From positions 1,998,360-2,062,359 of the forward strand of contig OW818656.1 in the NCBI GenBank assembly GCA_942492965.1: 64,000 nucleotides of DNA, read 5' to 3'. The position numbers and the translations under genes were made by a program. The notes beneath the pieces are model-generated. The model worked only from the letters and a program-made list of their open reading frames with translations, was not told the origin of the DNA and did no database searches. The stretch is from an uncultured Alphaproteobacteria bacterium (lineage in GTDB: Bacteria > Pseudomonadota > Alphaproteobacteria > Sphingomonadales > Sphingomonadaceae). Positions 42,809 through 51,965 of the stretch are shown here, piece by piece. Position 1 is the stretch's first letter. Each line of letters opens with the position of its first letter.

Positions 42809-44539
42809 ATGCAAAGTTCGGGAAATTCGTCTGGTTCGGTTGCATCGAAGGACGCCGACTACGACGTGATCGTCGTGGGATCGGGCGCGGCGGCATTGCT
42901 CGCCGCAGCGCGCTCGGCCGACTTCGGCGGCCGGGTTCTGGTTCTTGAGAAAGAGTCGAAGTTCGGCGGCAATTCGGCCACGTCGGGTGGCGGCGTCTGG
43001 GTGCCGAACAATCCGGACATCGCTTCGGTGGGTGTCGCCGACAGCGATGACGATGCCTTCGCCTATTTGCGCACCGTCATTCCGGCGGACCAGATCGGCG
43101 ACGACATCATCTGGACCTATATCCGCACGGCACCCCGGATGATCGACTATCTTGGCCGCATCGGCGTGCCCTATCGTCCGGTGGCGAAATATCCCGACTA
43201 TTATCCCGACGCCCCCGGCTGGAAACCCGGCGGACGCACCATGGATTGCGCGCCCGTGGACGGGGGGCAACTCGGCGAGCATTTGCCCCTGCTGCGCCAG
43301 ATGCCGCCCGCATCCAAGGCTTTCGGTCATATCAACCTGTCGATCACCGAAGCCTCGAAGGTGCAGGCCGTCGCCGCCGGCTGGCAGCGGATCGCCGCGA
43401 GTGCGGTGTTTCGCTACATGTTCGATATCGGCGCGCGGTTGCGCGGCGCGCGCGACCGCCGCCTGTGCATGGGCGAGGCACTGGTCGCCCGGCTGTTTCT
43501 CGCGATCCGCCAGCGCGGCATCGAACTGCGCCTAGGCAGCCCGGTGTCGGGCCTTGCCTGCGAAGGTGGCCGGGTTTGCGGCGTTGTGGTGCCGGGCGAG
43601 GCCGGCGAGCCGCGCGTGCTTCGCGCCCGGCGCGGCGTGATCGTGGCGGCGGGCGGATTCGAAAAGAGCGAGACGATGCGGCTGGAGCATCTGGCCGCGC
43701 CGACCTCGCCCGACTGGTCGGCAGGCAGCGCCGGCAACACGGGCGATCTGATCGCCGCGGGGCGCCGTATCGGTGCCGCCACGCGGCTGATGAACGAGGC
43801 ATGGTGGGCGCCCTCGGTGCGATGGGGCGACCGCACTGTCATCCTCTTCTTCGAAAAATCGAAGCCCGGCCTGATGATCGTCGATCGCACGGGCAAGCGC
43901 TTCATGAACGAATCGATCACCTATAATTCCTACGGGAAATGCATCTACGGCGACAATTACGACCAGACCGGCCGGGTGCCCGCCTTTGTCATCTTCGACG
44001 CCCGCTACCGCGCCCGCTACATGTTCGGCGGGCTTCTGCAATCGAGCATGTCGCCCGACTGGATGAACCCTGGCGCCTTCGGCGAAAGCGGCATGCTGAC
44101 AAGGGCCGCGACGCTCGACGAACTGGCGTCGAAGCTGGGTATCGATGCCTCGGGCCTGCGTGCATCCACCGACGAGATGGCGCGGTTCGCCAGAAGCGGC
44201 GTCGACGAGGCATTCGGGCGCGGCAGTGACGAGCACGACCGCCAGTATGGCGACGCGAAGGTCGCGCCCAACCCCTGCCTCGGGCCGATCAACAAGGCGC
44301 CCTTTTACGGCGCGCGAATCTACCCCGGCGATATCGGCACCAAGGGCGGCCTGCTGATCAACCGGGATGGACAGGTGCTCGATGAAACCGGCGTGCCGAT
44401 CGAAGGCCTCTACGCGGCGGGCAACAGCAGCGCTTCGATCATGGGCGACAAATACCCCGGCGCCGGCTGCACCCTGGGGCCGGCGCTGACGATGGCCTAT
44501 CGCGCCTCGGCGCGGGCGATGGGCGCGAACGAGGATTAG
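42809..44539 (+). CDS. FAD-dependent dehydrogenase, KstD-like (paralogue of 32896..34605)
   Basis: DVIVVGSGAAAL..EKESKFGGNSATSGGGVW and YAAGNSSA..YPGAGCTLGPA. GGAGAACC precedes the ATG. Confidence 0.8.
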   Translation: MQSSGNSSGSVASKDADYDVIVVGSGAAALLAAARSADFGGRVLVLEKESKFGGNSATSGGGVWVPNNPDIASVGVADSDDDAFAYLRTVIPADQIGDDIIWTYIRTAPRMIDYLGRIGVPYRPVAKYPDYYPDAPGWKPGGRTMDCAPVDGGQLGEHLPLLRQMPPASKAFGHINLSITEASKVQAVAAGWQRIAASAVFRYMFDIGARLRGARDRRLCMGEALVARLFLAIRQRGIELRLGSPVSGLACEGGRVCGVVVPGEAGEPRVLRARRGVIVAAGGFEKSETMRLEHLAAPTSPDWSAGSAGNTGDLIAAGRRIGAATRLMNEAWWAPSVRWGDRTVILFFEKSKPGLMIVDRTGKRFMNESITYNSYGKCIYGDNYDQTGRVPAFVIFDARYRARYMFGGLLQSSMSPDWMNPGAFGESGMLTRAATLDELASKLGIDASGLRASTDEMARFARSGVDEAFGRGSDEHDRQYGDAKVAPNPCLGPINKAPFYGARIYPGDIGTKGGLLINRDGQVLDETGVPIEGLYAAGNSSASIMGDKYPGAGCTLGPALTMAYRASARAMGANED

Positions 44540-44612
44540 CGATCGAGGTTCGGCTTTGCCGGATAGTTGAAGGATGAGGAAACGGAACGTGGCGAGATCC
44601 AAGGACTATAAC

Positions 44613-45668
44613 ATGGGCGAATTCGACTTTCCGCGAGGATGGTTCATGATCGCCGAAGCGTCCGAACTGAAGGGCGCGCCGTTGCCGCTACGCTTCTTCG
44701 GCAAGGATTTTGCGCTGTTTCGCGGCCAGAGCGGGCGGCTCGTGCTGCTCGACGGTCATTGCAGCCACATGGGCGCGCATCTCGCCGCATCGTCCAGCGC
44801 CTCGATCGCGGTTCATGGCGAACAGATCGAGGGCGATTCCATCCGTTGCCCCTATCACGGCTGGCGTTTCAGCGCGGACGGCGAAGTGGAGGACATTCCG
44901 GGTTTCGACGGGCCGTGCCCGAAGGCCGCGAAAATCCGTTCATACCGCGTCGAGAACGTGATGGGCGCGATCATGATGTGGTACGATCCCGAGGGCGGGG
45001 AGCCGGAGTTCGATCCGCCCCGGCTGGCTGAGTGGGATCGGCCCGACTGGATCAACGGCGCCTATGACCATCTGGGTACGCTGGACGTCCACCCTCAGGA
45101 AATCCTCGACAACATGGCGGATTCCAATCATCTCGGCCCGACGCACGGGTCTCCCTGCGAATATTTCGAGAACGAATTCGATCGTCATCTCTATTATCAG
45201 CGGCAGGGCGGATTCCGCCGGGAATATGATGCCTATCTGATGACCTTCACCTGGTACACAGGCCCCGGCCTGCTGCTTTCAAGGCAGGCGATCGGCGACA
45301 TCCGCTCGATCGAGTTCATCTTTCACACGCCGGTCGAGGACGGTGTGACGAAGGTGTGGCACAATAACCTGCTTCGGGCGGCGAGCGATACCCCCGGCGA
45401 AGAGGACAGGGCCCGCGCGAAGCATCTTCAGGCCGAGGTGCTGGCAGCATTTGGGCAGGATTTCGATATCTGGCGCAACAAGGTGCCGGCCCTGCAGATC
45501 ATGAGTCTGCCGACCGAACGCAACTTCCGGCTCGGGCGCACATGGTACCGGCAGTTCTACAATCCGCGCAGCGAGGCCGCGGCGTTCCACGCGCGGATCG
45601 AGGGAAAGCACATCCCGATCCACAAGCTGGAACCCTATGAAATTGCGCTGGAGCTGGAACGCACCTGA
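44613..45668 (+). CDS. Rieske non-heme-iron oxygenase, KshA-like
   Basis: Rieske CSHMGAH...CPYHGWRF. Mononuclear-iron motif DNMADSNHLGPTHG. Confidence 0.8.
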   Translation: MGEFDFPRGWFMIAEASELKGAPLPLRFFGKDFALFRGQSGRLVLLDGHCSHMGAHLAASSSASIAVHGEQIEGDSIRCPYHGWRFSADGEVEDIPGFDGPCPKAAKIRSYRVENVMGAIMMWYDPEGGEPEFDPPRLAEWDRPDWINGAYDHLGTLDVHPQEILDNMADSNHLGPTHGSPCEYFENEFDRHLYYQRQGGFRREYDAYLMTFTWYTGPGLLLSRQAIGDIRSIEFIFHTPVEDGVTKVWHNNLLRAASDTPGEEDRARAKHLQAEVLAAFGQDFDIWRNKVPALQIMSLPTERNFRLGRTWYRQFYNPRSEAAAFHARIEGKHIPIHKLEPYEIALELERT

Positions 45669-45681
45669 TGTGCGTTCCAGC
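45653..45681. terminator. Perfect 12-bp-stem hairpin spanning the Rieske gene stop codon (convergent junction)
   Basis: GCTGGAACGCAC-CTGAT-GTGCGTTCCAGC. No U-run, so the terminator role is inferred only. Confidence 0.45.
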
Positions 45682-45698
45682 CCTCTCGCGGGGGCGTT

Positions 45699-46493
45699 TC
45701 AGCGCCCGGTGAACTTCGGCTTTTCCTTGTTCTGGAGAGCTTCCAGCGCGATCCGGTGATCGTCCAGCAGCTGCGTGACGTTCTCGTAGGCGGCGGCGCG
45801 GTCGATGATCGCGTTGGCTGTCACTTTCAGCCCCGCGTTGATCGATGCCTTGGTCCATTTGATCGCGTGGGTCGCGCCCCTTGCAAGACGCTTCGCCATC
45901 TTCGCGACGGTTTCGTCCAGCGCGTCGGCCGGAACCGCTTCGGTGATCAATCCCATGGCGGCGGCGTCCGGCGCGGAAATCGCATCGCCGGTCAGCAGAT
46001 AGCGACGCGCGCGCGCATAGCCGATGAGCTGCGGCCACATGACCGCGCCGCCGTCTCCCGCGACGAGGCCCACCGAGACGTGCGGATCGGCGAACACCGA
46101 ATGGTCGGACGCGTAGACGAAATCGCAATAGAGGGCGAGCGAACAGCCGAGCCCGATAGCCGGTCCGTCGACCTTCGCGATGATGGGCTTTTCAAGATCG
46201 AGAAGCGAGTTCTGGATCTTGCGATCCTGCCGGATGCCGGCGCTTGTCGCGACGGGGTCGCCGTGGAGCGTCAGCAGCCATTTCAGATCGCCGCCCGCAC
46301 AAAAGGCGCCGCCCGACCCTGCGAGGATGACGACATCGACGCTTTCATCCCGATCGACATCGTCGAAGATCAGCGAAAATTCACGATGGAGATCGTGATT
46401 GATCGCGTTCTTCGCTTCGGGGCGATTGACCGTGATGGTCAGGATCGACCCATCCTGCTCGATGCGAAGCGCTTTGTAGTCGTCATAGTTCAT
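45699..46493 (-). CDS. Enoyl-CoA hydratase/isomerase
   Basis: ILTITVNRPEAKNAI and GSGGAFCAGGDLK motifs. Confidence 0.85.
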   Translation of the reverse strand: MNYDDYKALRIEQDGSILTITVNRPEAKNAINHDLHREFSLIFDDVDRDESVDVVILAGSGGAFCAGGDLKWLLTLHGDPVATSAGIRQDRKIQNSLLDLEKPIIAKVDGPAIGLGCSLALYCDFVYASDHSVFADPHVSVGLVAGDGGAVMWPQLIGYARARRYLLTGDAISAPDAAAMGLITEAVPADALDETVAKMAKRLARGATHAIKWTKASINAGLKVTANAIIDRAAAYENVTQLLDDHRIALEALQNKEKPKFTGR

Positions 46494-48142
46494 GCCTGAT
46501 CATCCTCGATCGTTTCACTTGGGTTCGGCCGGCCGAGGCCCAGCCGCTGCGACATCTGCTCACGGAGCAGGAATTTCTGGATCTTGCCCGAGGGCGTCAG
46601 CGGGAAGGTGTCGATGAATTCGACATATTCGGGCACTTTCCACCGCGAAATCCGGTCGAAGCACCACTGCCTTATCGCTGCGCCGCTGATGTCGGTGCCG
46701 TCGCGCAGGCAGACGACCGCGCAGGCCACCTCGCCATATTTTTCGTCAGGTACACCGACGACCGCGACATCGCGGATCGCCTCATGCTCCTTCATGTAGG
46801 TTTCGATCTCCACCGGAGACAGGTTCTCGCCGCCGCGGATGATCATTTCCTTCTTGCGCCCGACGATCGATACAAACCCGTCGTCGTCCATCCGGGCGAG
46901 GTCGCCGGACGCGATCCAGTCCGGCCTCTCGCCGCCCGCCGCGGCGCCGTAGCCCAGCATGCCGCCCGGGCCGCTGTAGAACAGCTCGCCCGTCGCATTG
47001 CGCGGCACGGCCTGGCCGTTGCTGCCACGGATCGACACGCTGACCCCGGTGAGCGGCGTGCCGCTCGTCCGGATCTTGCGCTCGGCGCTGTCGCCGGGAA
47101 CGGTCGTCGTCGTCACGCCGCAGGTTTCGGTCTGGCCGTAGCAATTGATGACATCGGCGCCGAAAACATCCTGACAACGGTGGAGAAGGTCCTTCGTCAC
47201 AGGCGCCCCGCCGACGATGATCCGCGTCAGCGTGCCGAGCGCGCGGTGGCGGACCGAGGGGTCGTCGAGCATCGCGATGAGCATGGTCGGCACCCCGATG
47301 AACGCCGTGCATTCCTCGCGTTCCAGGATGTCGAGCGTGATGCCGGGCTTGAAGATGTAGAGCGGCAGCGATGTCGCGCCGACCAGCGCGGCGCCGGGCA
47401 GCGAATTGCCCGACCCGCCGACATGGAACAGCGGAAAGCCCGGACACACCCGGCTGCCTTCGCCTAGGCCCCATATATGGTACGAGTTTCGCGCCGTGGT
47501 CGTGATGGCCCGGTGCGACAGGCGGACCGCCTTCGGCACACCCGTCGTCCCCGACGTATACTGGATCATCATGATGTCGTCGGGATCGACGGCGACCGGG
47601 ACGGGGCCTTCCGTGTTCCGCTGCATCAGGTCGGTCCAGATGCTGGAGAAGCTGTGCACATGACGCAGCGCCGGCGCATCCGCCCGGGCCCGGGCGATCG
47701 TCGCTGCGGGAGATTCGCCGCCGATCAGGTCGGCATGGAATATCGCCGCCGCACCCGAATCGCGCAGGGCGAACGCCAGCTCGTTCAGCCGATACAGCGG
47801 GTTGAGCGCGACGAGCACCATGCCGGCCTTGGCGATCGCATATTCCAGAAGCACCCATTCCGGGTGGTTCGGTCCCCACAGTGCGATGCGGTCGCCTGGC
47901 TCATGCCCCAGCGCCAGCAGAACGGCCGCCAAATGCCCGGCATCGGCGTCCAGTTCGGAATAGGTCCAGGCCCGGTCCTCTATGGCAGGCTGATGGCGGT
48001 AGACGACGGCTTGCCGGTTTCCCCATTTGCGTGCCGATTCCGTCAGGGCGGCGCCCAGAGCCAGGCCGTCGCACGGCAGCGCGGCGGGCTGCACGGCTGC
48101 CGGCGCGATCCATTCGGACAAGGGGGCTGCGGGGTTGGTCAC
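46490..48142 (-). CDS. Acyl-CoA synthetase (AMP-forming)
   Basis: IQYTSGTTGVPKAV, YGQTE and GDLARMDDDGFVSIVGRKKEMIIRGGENLSP motifs. 4-nt overlap with the downstream ECH. Confidence 0.9.
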   Translation of the reverse strand: MTNPAAPLSEWIAPAAVQPAALPCDGLALGAALTESARKWGNRQAVVYRHQPAIEDRAWTYSELDADAGHLAAVLLALGHEPGDRIALWGPNHPEWVLLEYAIAKAGMVLVALNPLYRLNELAFALRDSGAAAIFHADLIGGESPAATIARARADAPALRHVHSFSSIWTDLMQRNTEGPVPVAVDPDDIMMIQYTSGTTGVPKAVRLSHRAITTTARNSYHIWGLGEGSRVCPGFPLFHVGGSGNSLPGAALVGATSLPLYIFKPGITLDILEREECTAFIGVPTMLIAMLDDPSVRHRALGTLTRIIVGGAPVTKDLLHRCQDVFGADVINCYGQTETCGVTTTTVPGDSAERKIRTSGTPLTGVSVSIRGSNGQAVPRNATGELFYSGPGGMLGYGAAAGGERPDWIASGDLARMDDDGFVSIVGRKKEMIIRGGENLSPVEIETYMKEHEAIRDVAVVGVPDEKYGEVACAVVCLRDGTDISGAAIRQWCFDRISRWKVPEYVEFIDTFPLTPSGKIQKFLLREQMSQRLGLGRPNPSETIEDDQA

Positions 48143-48214
48143 GCTGATGGTCTTGATCCGTAATCCGGGTTCGCACCGCGGCTGCGAACGTCGCTGGATT
48201 AACCCTGCGCGACG

Positions 48215-48293
48215 CTCACCTTAAACTCGTTTTAGGTCGTTCCGGGCGGCGCCCGCATCCAGCCATGCGAGGCTTATGCGAGTTCAAGTTGAA
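48215..48293. promoter_or_regulatory. Two inverted cluster boxes in a divergent promoter region
   Basis: CTCACCTTAAACTCG (48215-48229) and CGAGTTCAAGTTGAA (48279-48293), between the ligase start (48142, minus) and the ACAD start (48388, plus). Confidence 0.5.
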
Positions 48294-48387
48294 CAGCTTT
48301 CTCCCTAGTCGAGGCGCGGGACATTGATCATCGAGAAGGACGCGTGCGGGGCGGGGCATGGAGCCGGGCCGCATTGTCGGGAAACCT

Positions 48388-49551
48388 ATGAACAGCTTAT
48401 CCGAGGCCGACCATATCCTGATGCTGCGCGAGACATTGTCCCGCTTCATCGAAAGGGAAATGCCGCTCGATCTCGTCAGGAAATGGGATCACGACAATCA
48501 CTTTCCGCGCGATGTGCATCGGAAGCTGGCGGAGCTGGGCCTGATGGGCCTCACCGTGCCAGCCGAATATGGCGGCGGCGGCCGCGATGTGCGCGCGACG
48601 ATCGTGGCGATCGAAATGCTGTGCGGCCGAAGCATGGCCGTCGGCGGACCCTATATCCAGTCGGCCTGCTATGCGGGTCTCAACATCGCCGAGGTCGGCA
48701 GCGAGCGCCAGAAGCGCGAGATCCTGCCCCGGGTCGTCAGCGACGGCCTGATTTTCGCGTACGGCATCAGTGAACCCGATGTTGGCGCGGACGTCGCTTC
48801 GGTGCGGGCGACGGCCAGGGTCGACGGCGACCGGCTGATCATCAACGGATCGAAGCGCTTTTGCTCGGGCGCGAAAATTTCGGACTATATTTACACGCTG
48901 GTGCGCACGGGGCCGCAGGAAGACAAATACCGCAACCTCACGCTGGTGCTGGTTCCCTCCGATGCCGATGGCCTCACTTACGAGGCGCAGGACGCCATGG
49001 GCCTGAAAGGCACCGGGACCTACGACGTGAGTTTCGCCGATGTTGCGGTCCCGATGGAAAACGTGGTCGGCGAAGCGGCGGGCTGGAACAATGCGTGGTC
49101 GATGCTGCTCGGCCCCGGGCTCGATATCGAAAAGATGGAAGTCGCCGCCATGGCGCTGGGCATCGCGTCCGCCGCGGTCGAGGAGGCGTGGGCCTATGCG
49201 CAGGAGCGCATTCAGTTCGGCCAGCCGATCTCCGCGTTCCAGTCGATCCGGCACATGCTGGCCGAGGTGCAGACAAAGCTGCACGCCTGCCGCGTGCTGA
49301 CCTATCAGACCGCCGACACGCTGGACCGCGAAGGCAGGGCCTCGCTCGAAACGTCGATGGCCAAGCTGTTCGTATGCCAGGCGGCTCAGGAGATCGTCCT
49401 CGCCTGTCAGCAGGTTCTGGGCGCCTATGGCTATATCAAGGAATTCGACATGGAGCGGCATGTCAGGGACATATTGATCATGCCCATCCTTGGCGGATCG
49501 TCGGCGATCCAGAAGAATAATATCTGCAACATGATGAAGTTGAAGAAATAG
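48388..49551 (+). CDS. Acyl-CoA dehydrogenase
   Basis: Full ACAD fold (YGISEPDVGADV, KRFCSGA, QVLGAYGYIKEFDMERHVRD, ILGGSSAIQ). An alternative start exists at 48358. Confidence 0.85.
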   Translation: MNSLSEADHILMLRETLSRFIEREMPLDLVRKWDHDNHFPRDVHRKLAELGLMGLTVPAEYGGGGRDVRATIVAIEMLCGRSMAVGGPYIQSACYAGLNIAEVGSERQKREILPRVVSDGLIFAYGISEPDVGADVASVRATARVDGDRLIINGSKRFCSGAKISDYIYTLVRTGPQEDKYRNLTLVLVPSDADGLTYEAQDAMGLKGTGTYDVSFADVAVPMENVVGEAAGWNNAWSMLLGPGLDIEKMEVAAMALGIASAAVEEAWAYAQERIQFGQPISAFQSIRHMLAEVQTKLHACRVLTYQTADTLDREGRASLETSMAKLFVCQAAQEIVLACQQVLGAYGYIKEFDMERHVRDILIMPILGGSSAIQKNNICNMMKLKK

Positions 49552-49554
49552 CGC

Positions 49555-49875
49555 ATGCCCAAAATCACTTTCATCACGCATGATGGAGCGCAGCATGTGG
49601 CCGAGACCGAAGTCGATGTGTCGGTCATGAAGGCGGCGATCGGCAACATGGTCCCGGGCATCGATGCCGATTGCGGCGGCGCGTGCGCCTGCGCCACATG
49701 CCATGTTTACGTGGATGCGGCATGGATCGGCAAAACGGGTGCGCCAGACGAGATGGAGCAGGCGATGCTCGAATATGTTTCTGAGCCCGGCGGCGGTTCG
49801 CGTCTCTCGTGCCAGATCACCGTGACCGAGGAGCTGGACGGCCTCGTCGTCCGGCTCCCGAAGCAGCAGGGATGA
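49555..49875 (+). CDS. [2Fe-2S] ferredoxin, adrenodoxin/putidaredoxin type
   Basis: [12 protein letters not shown] plus a distal LSCQI cysteine. 106 aa. Starts 3 nt after the ACAD stop. Confidence 0.85.
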   Translation: MPKITFITHDGAQHVAETEVDVSVMKAAIGNMVPGIDADCGGACACATCHVYVDAAWIGKTGAPDEMEQAMLEYVSEPGGGSRLSCQITVTEELDGLVVRLPKQQG

Positions 49876-49879
49876 AGGG

Positions 49880-50185
49880 TCAGGCTGCCGGGGGAACACC
49901 TTCGGCCAGCAACAGATCCGTCGTCACCCCGCTGGCCTTTCGCAGCGCGATCATGCGCGCGTAATCCGGATCGGAGTACCAGGCCTGTGCCGCTTCACGA
50001 TCGGGGAATTCGATCAGCACCAGCGCGTGGCCCGGCGGCTCGGCGCCTTCCAGCCTTTCGGCCTCACCGCCCTTGATCAGGTAGCGACCACCATGTTTTT
50101 CCACGAGCGGCTCCGTGACGGAGCGATACTCCCGGTACCAATCCCAGTTCTCGACGATCAGCTTCCCGAATATATATGCCGGCAT
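49880..50185 (-). CDS. DUF1330-family protein
   Basis: MPAYIFGKLIVENWDWYREY..GGRYLIKGG..LIEFPDREAAQAWYSDPDY matches the DUF1330 pattern from memory. Confidence 0.65.
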   Translation of the reverse strand: MPAYIFGKLIVENWDWYREYRSVTEPLVEKHGGRYLIKGGEAERLEGAEPPGHALVLIEFPDREAAQAWYSDPDYARMIALRKASGVTTDLLLAEGVPPAA

Positions 50186-50227
50186 GGTGGCTCCATCTTC
50201 TTTGGTTGCCGCATATCAAGGCCGGTC

Positions 50228-50341
50228 CTCACAATGAACTCGCATGGGGTCCGGCGCAGGTGCAGGCAGCGACAAAGCAGTCCATTGCCGAATTGCCGAC
50301 GCGCGGCTTTTGCGACACTATCGGGCCGAGTTTATGTAAAG
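50228..50341. promoter_or_regulatory. Two inverted cluster boxes in a divergent promoter region
   Basis: CTCACAATGAACTCG (50228-50242) and CGAGTTTATGTAAAG (50327-50341), between the DUF1330 start (50185, minus) and the TetR start (50362, plus). Confidence 0.5.
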
Positions 50342-50361
50342 TCGATGGGATCAAGTTGCCG

Positions 50362-51012
50362 ATGACGCCCCCTGCAGACACGCCCGCTGCCGCTCAAGGC
50401 GAAGTGGCTGATGTTGGACGCCGAAAGAATCCAAAACAGCAGCGGGCAATGGTCACCGCCGAAGCGATCACGCAGGCCACCGAGCAGATCATCGTTCGAG
50501 AAGGCTTCCAGGCCGCGACGACCAACCGGATCGCCGAGGTGGCGGGGGTCAGCGTCGGATCGCTGTATCAGTATTTTCCGAACAAGCAGGCGATCGTCAA
50601 GGCGCTCATCGAAGAGACGGTGACGAAGGCCGCGGCGCGCATCCGCGAAGCGCTGCGCAATTCGATGGAAGAGCCGCTGGAGCCGGCGCTGCGGCGTGTC
50701 ATGACGCTGCTGCTCGAAATCTACAAGGAAAACCATTTCATCCTGTTCCGCATTCTGGATCAGGTGCCGGAACTGAAGAAATACACGTCAAGCCTGTCGG
50801 TCGAGAACTACACGCATTCGACGAACCTGGCTTTCCTGGAGCAGCATCAGGCGGAGATCAAGGTGTCGGACCTGCGCACCGCACTGCTGCTCGTCGAGCG
50901 CGCGACGATCCAGAACATCGAGTATTTCCTGGCGCATAATCCCACCAACATCACCGAAGAGCAGCTCATCGACGAAGTGACGCGAATGGCGGTCAATTAT
51001 CTGACGAAATAG
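50362..51012 (+). CDS. TetR-family transcriptional regulator (paralogue 2)
   Basis: HTH ATTNRIAEVAGVSVGSLYQYFPNKQAI. Aligns colinearly and without gaps to the TetR at 31324. Confidence 0.85.
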   Translation: MTPPADTPAAAQGEVADVGRRKNPKQQRAMVTAEAITQATEQIIVREGFQAATTNRIAEVAGVSVGSLYQYFPNKQAIVKALIEETVTKAAARIREALRNSMEEPLEPALRRVMTLLLEIYKENHFILFRILDQVPELKKYTSSLSVENYTHSTNLAFLEQHQAEIKVSDLRTALLLVERATIQNIEYFLAHNPTNITEEQLIDEVTRMAVNYLTK

Positions 51013-51781
51013 CCTGATCGGATATGCGCGCCCTGATGGCCGCCAGCCGGTTCCGAACGAAGGGCGAGTGCAGCAGCTGGTGGAAGCTTTCGGCCTCCTG
51101 CCGCATCGCGGCATGGATCGCCGCGCGCTCATCGGCCTTGAGCAGCGTCTTGGTCATGACGACGGCGTCCAGCGAGAGCGCTGCGATGCCGCCCAGAACC
51201 CTGAGCGCGTGAGCCTCCAACTCTTCACGCGGCACCGCTTCGTTGACAAGGCCGAGGTCCACCGCCGTTCTCATGTCGCAGCCGCGTTCGTTAAGCAGGA
51301 TCGCCATCGCCCGGCGGTGCCCGGCCAGCCGCGGCAGCAGCAGGCTTGAAGCGAACTCCGGGATCAGCCCCATGTCGGCGAACGGAAAGACGATCCGGGC
51401 CTCGGGCACGCCGTACACCATGTCGCAGTGGAGCAGCATGGTGGCACCGATGCCGACGGCGTTGCCGTTCAGCGCCGCCGCGATAGGCTTGGGGAAGTCT
51501 ACCAGGGCCTTCATGAAGTGAAAGGACGGCTTTTCATCATAGGCCATCTCCAGCCCCTGCGCGAAGCCTGCCACGTCATGGCCGGCCGTGAAGATCGCGC
51601 CGGTTGAGGCGAAGAGGACGCAGCTGATATCCTCGTCGTGTTCGGCGATATCCAGAAGCGCGACCAGTCGCCGGTACATGTCGTAGCTGATCGCGTTCCG
51701 CTTGCTTTCGCGGCTCAGCCGGATCGTCATGATCCGGTCCGCGACAGCGACCTCAATGCCCGTGGGTTCCGTTTCGACCAT
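50993..51781 (-). CDS. Enoyl-CoA hydratase/isomerase-family protein
   Basis: IMTIRLSRESKRNAI and STGAIFTAGHDV motifs. ATG at 51781 (the ORF-track start at 51874 is an extension). Confidence 0.8.
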   Translation of the reverse strand: MVETEPTGIEVAVADRIMTIRLSRESKRNAISYDMYRRLVALLDIAEHDEDISCVLFASTGAIFTAGHDVAGFAQGLEMAYDEKPSFHFMKALVDFPKPIAAALNGNAVGIGATMLLHCDMVYGVPEARIVFPFADMGLIPEFASSLLLPRLAGHRRAMAILLNERGCDMRTAVDLGLVNEAVPREELEAHALRVLGGIAALSLDAVVMTKTLLKADERAAIHAAMRQEAESFHQLLHSPFVRNRLAAIRARISDQAISSDN

Positions 51782-51836
51782 TGCCCGCCTTTGTCCGTCA
51801 CTCGGTTTCCGGGCACGGACACTGGTATCCGGGCGG

Positions 51837-51888
51837 CTAAGGTTAAACTCGCTTTCCCGGCGCGCGGGGAACACGAGTTTATTATGAG
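51837..51888. promoter_or_regulatory. Two inverted cluster boxes in a divergent promoter region
   Basis: CTAAGGTTAAACTCG (51837-51851) and CGAGTTTATTATGAG (51874-51888), between the ECH start (51781, minus) and the P450 start (51966, plus). Confidence 0.5.
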
Positions 51889-51965
51889 CCGCCCCGCCGA
51901 ATAGGCTCCGCGACGATTGAAGGCGTGAAAAAGCGCTGAAACAGGCTGATCCGGGGTGATCGTGA

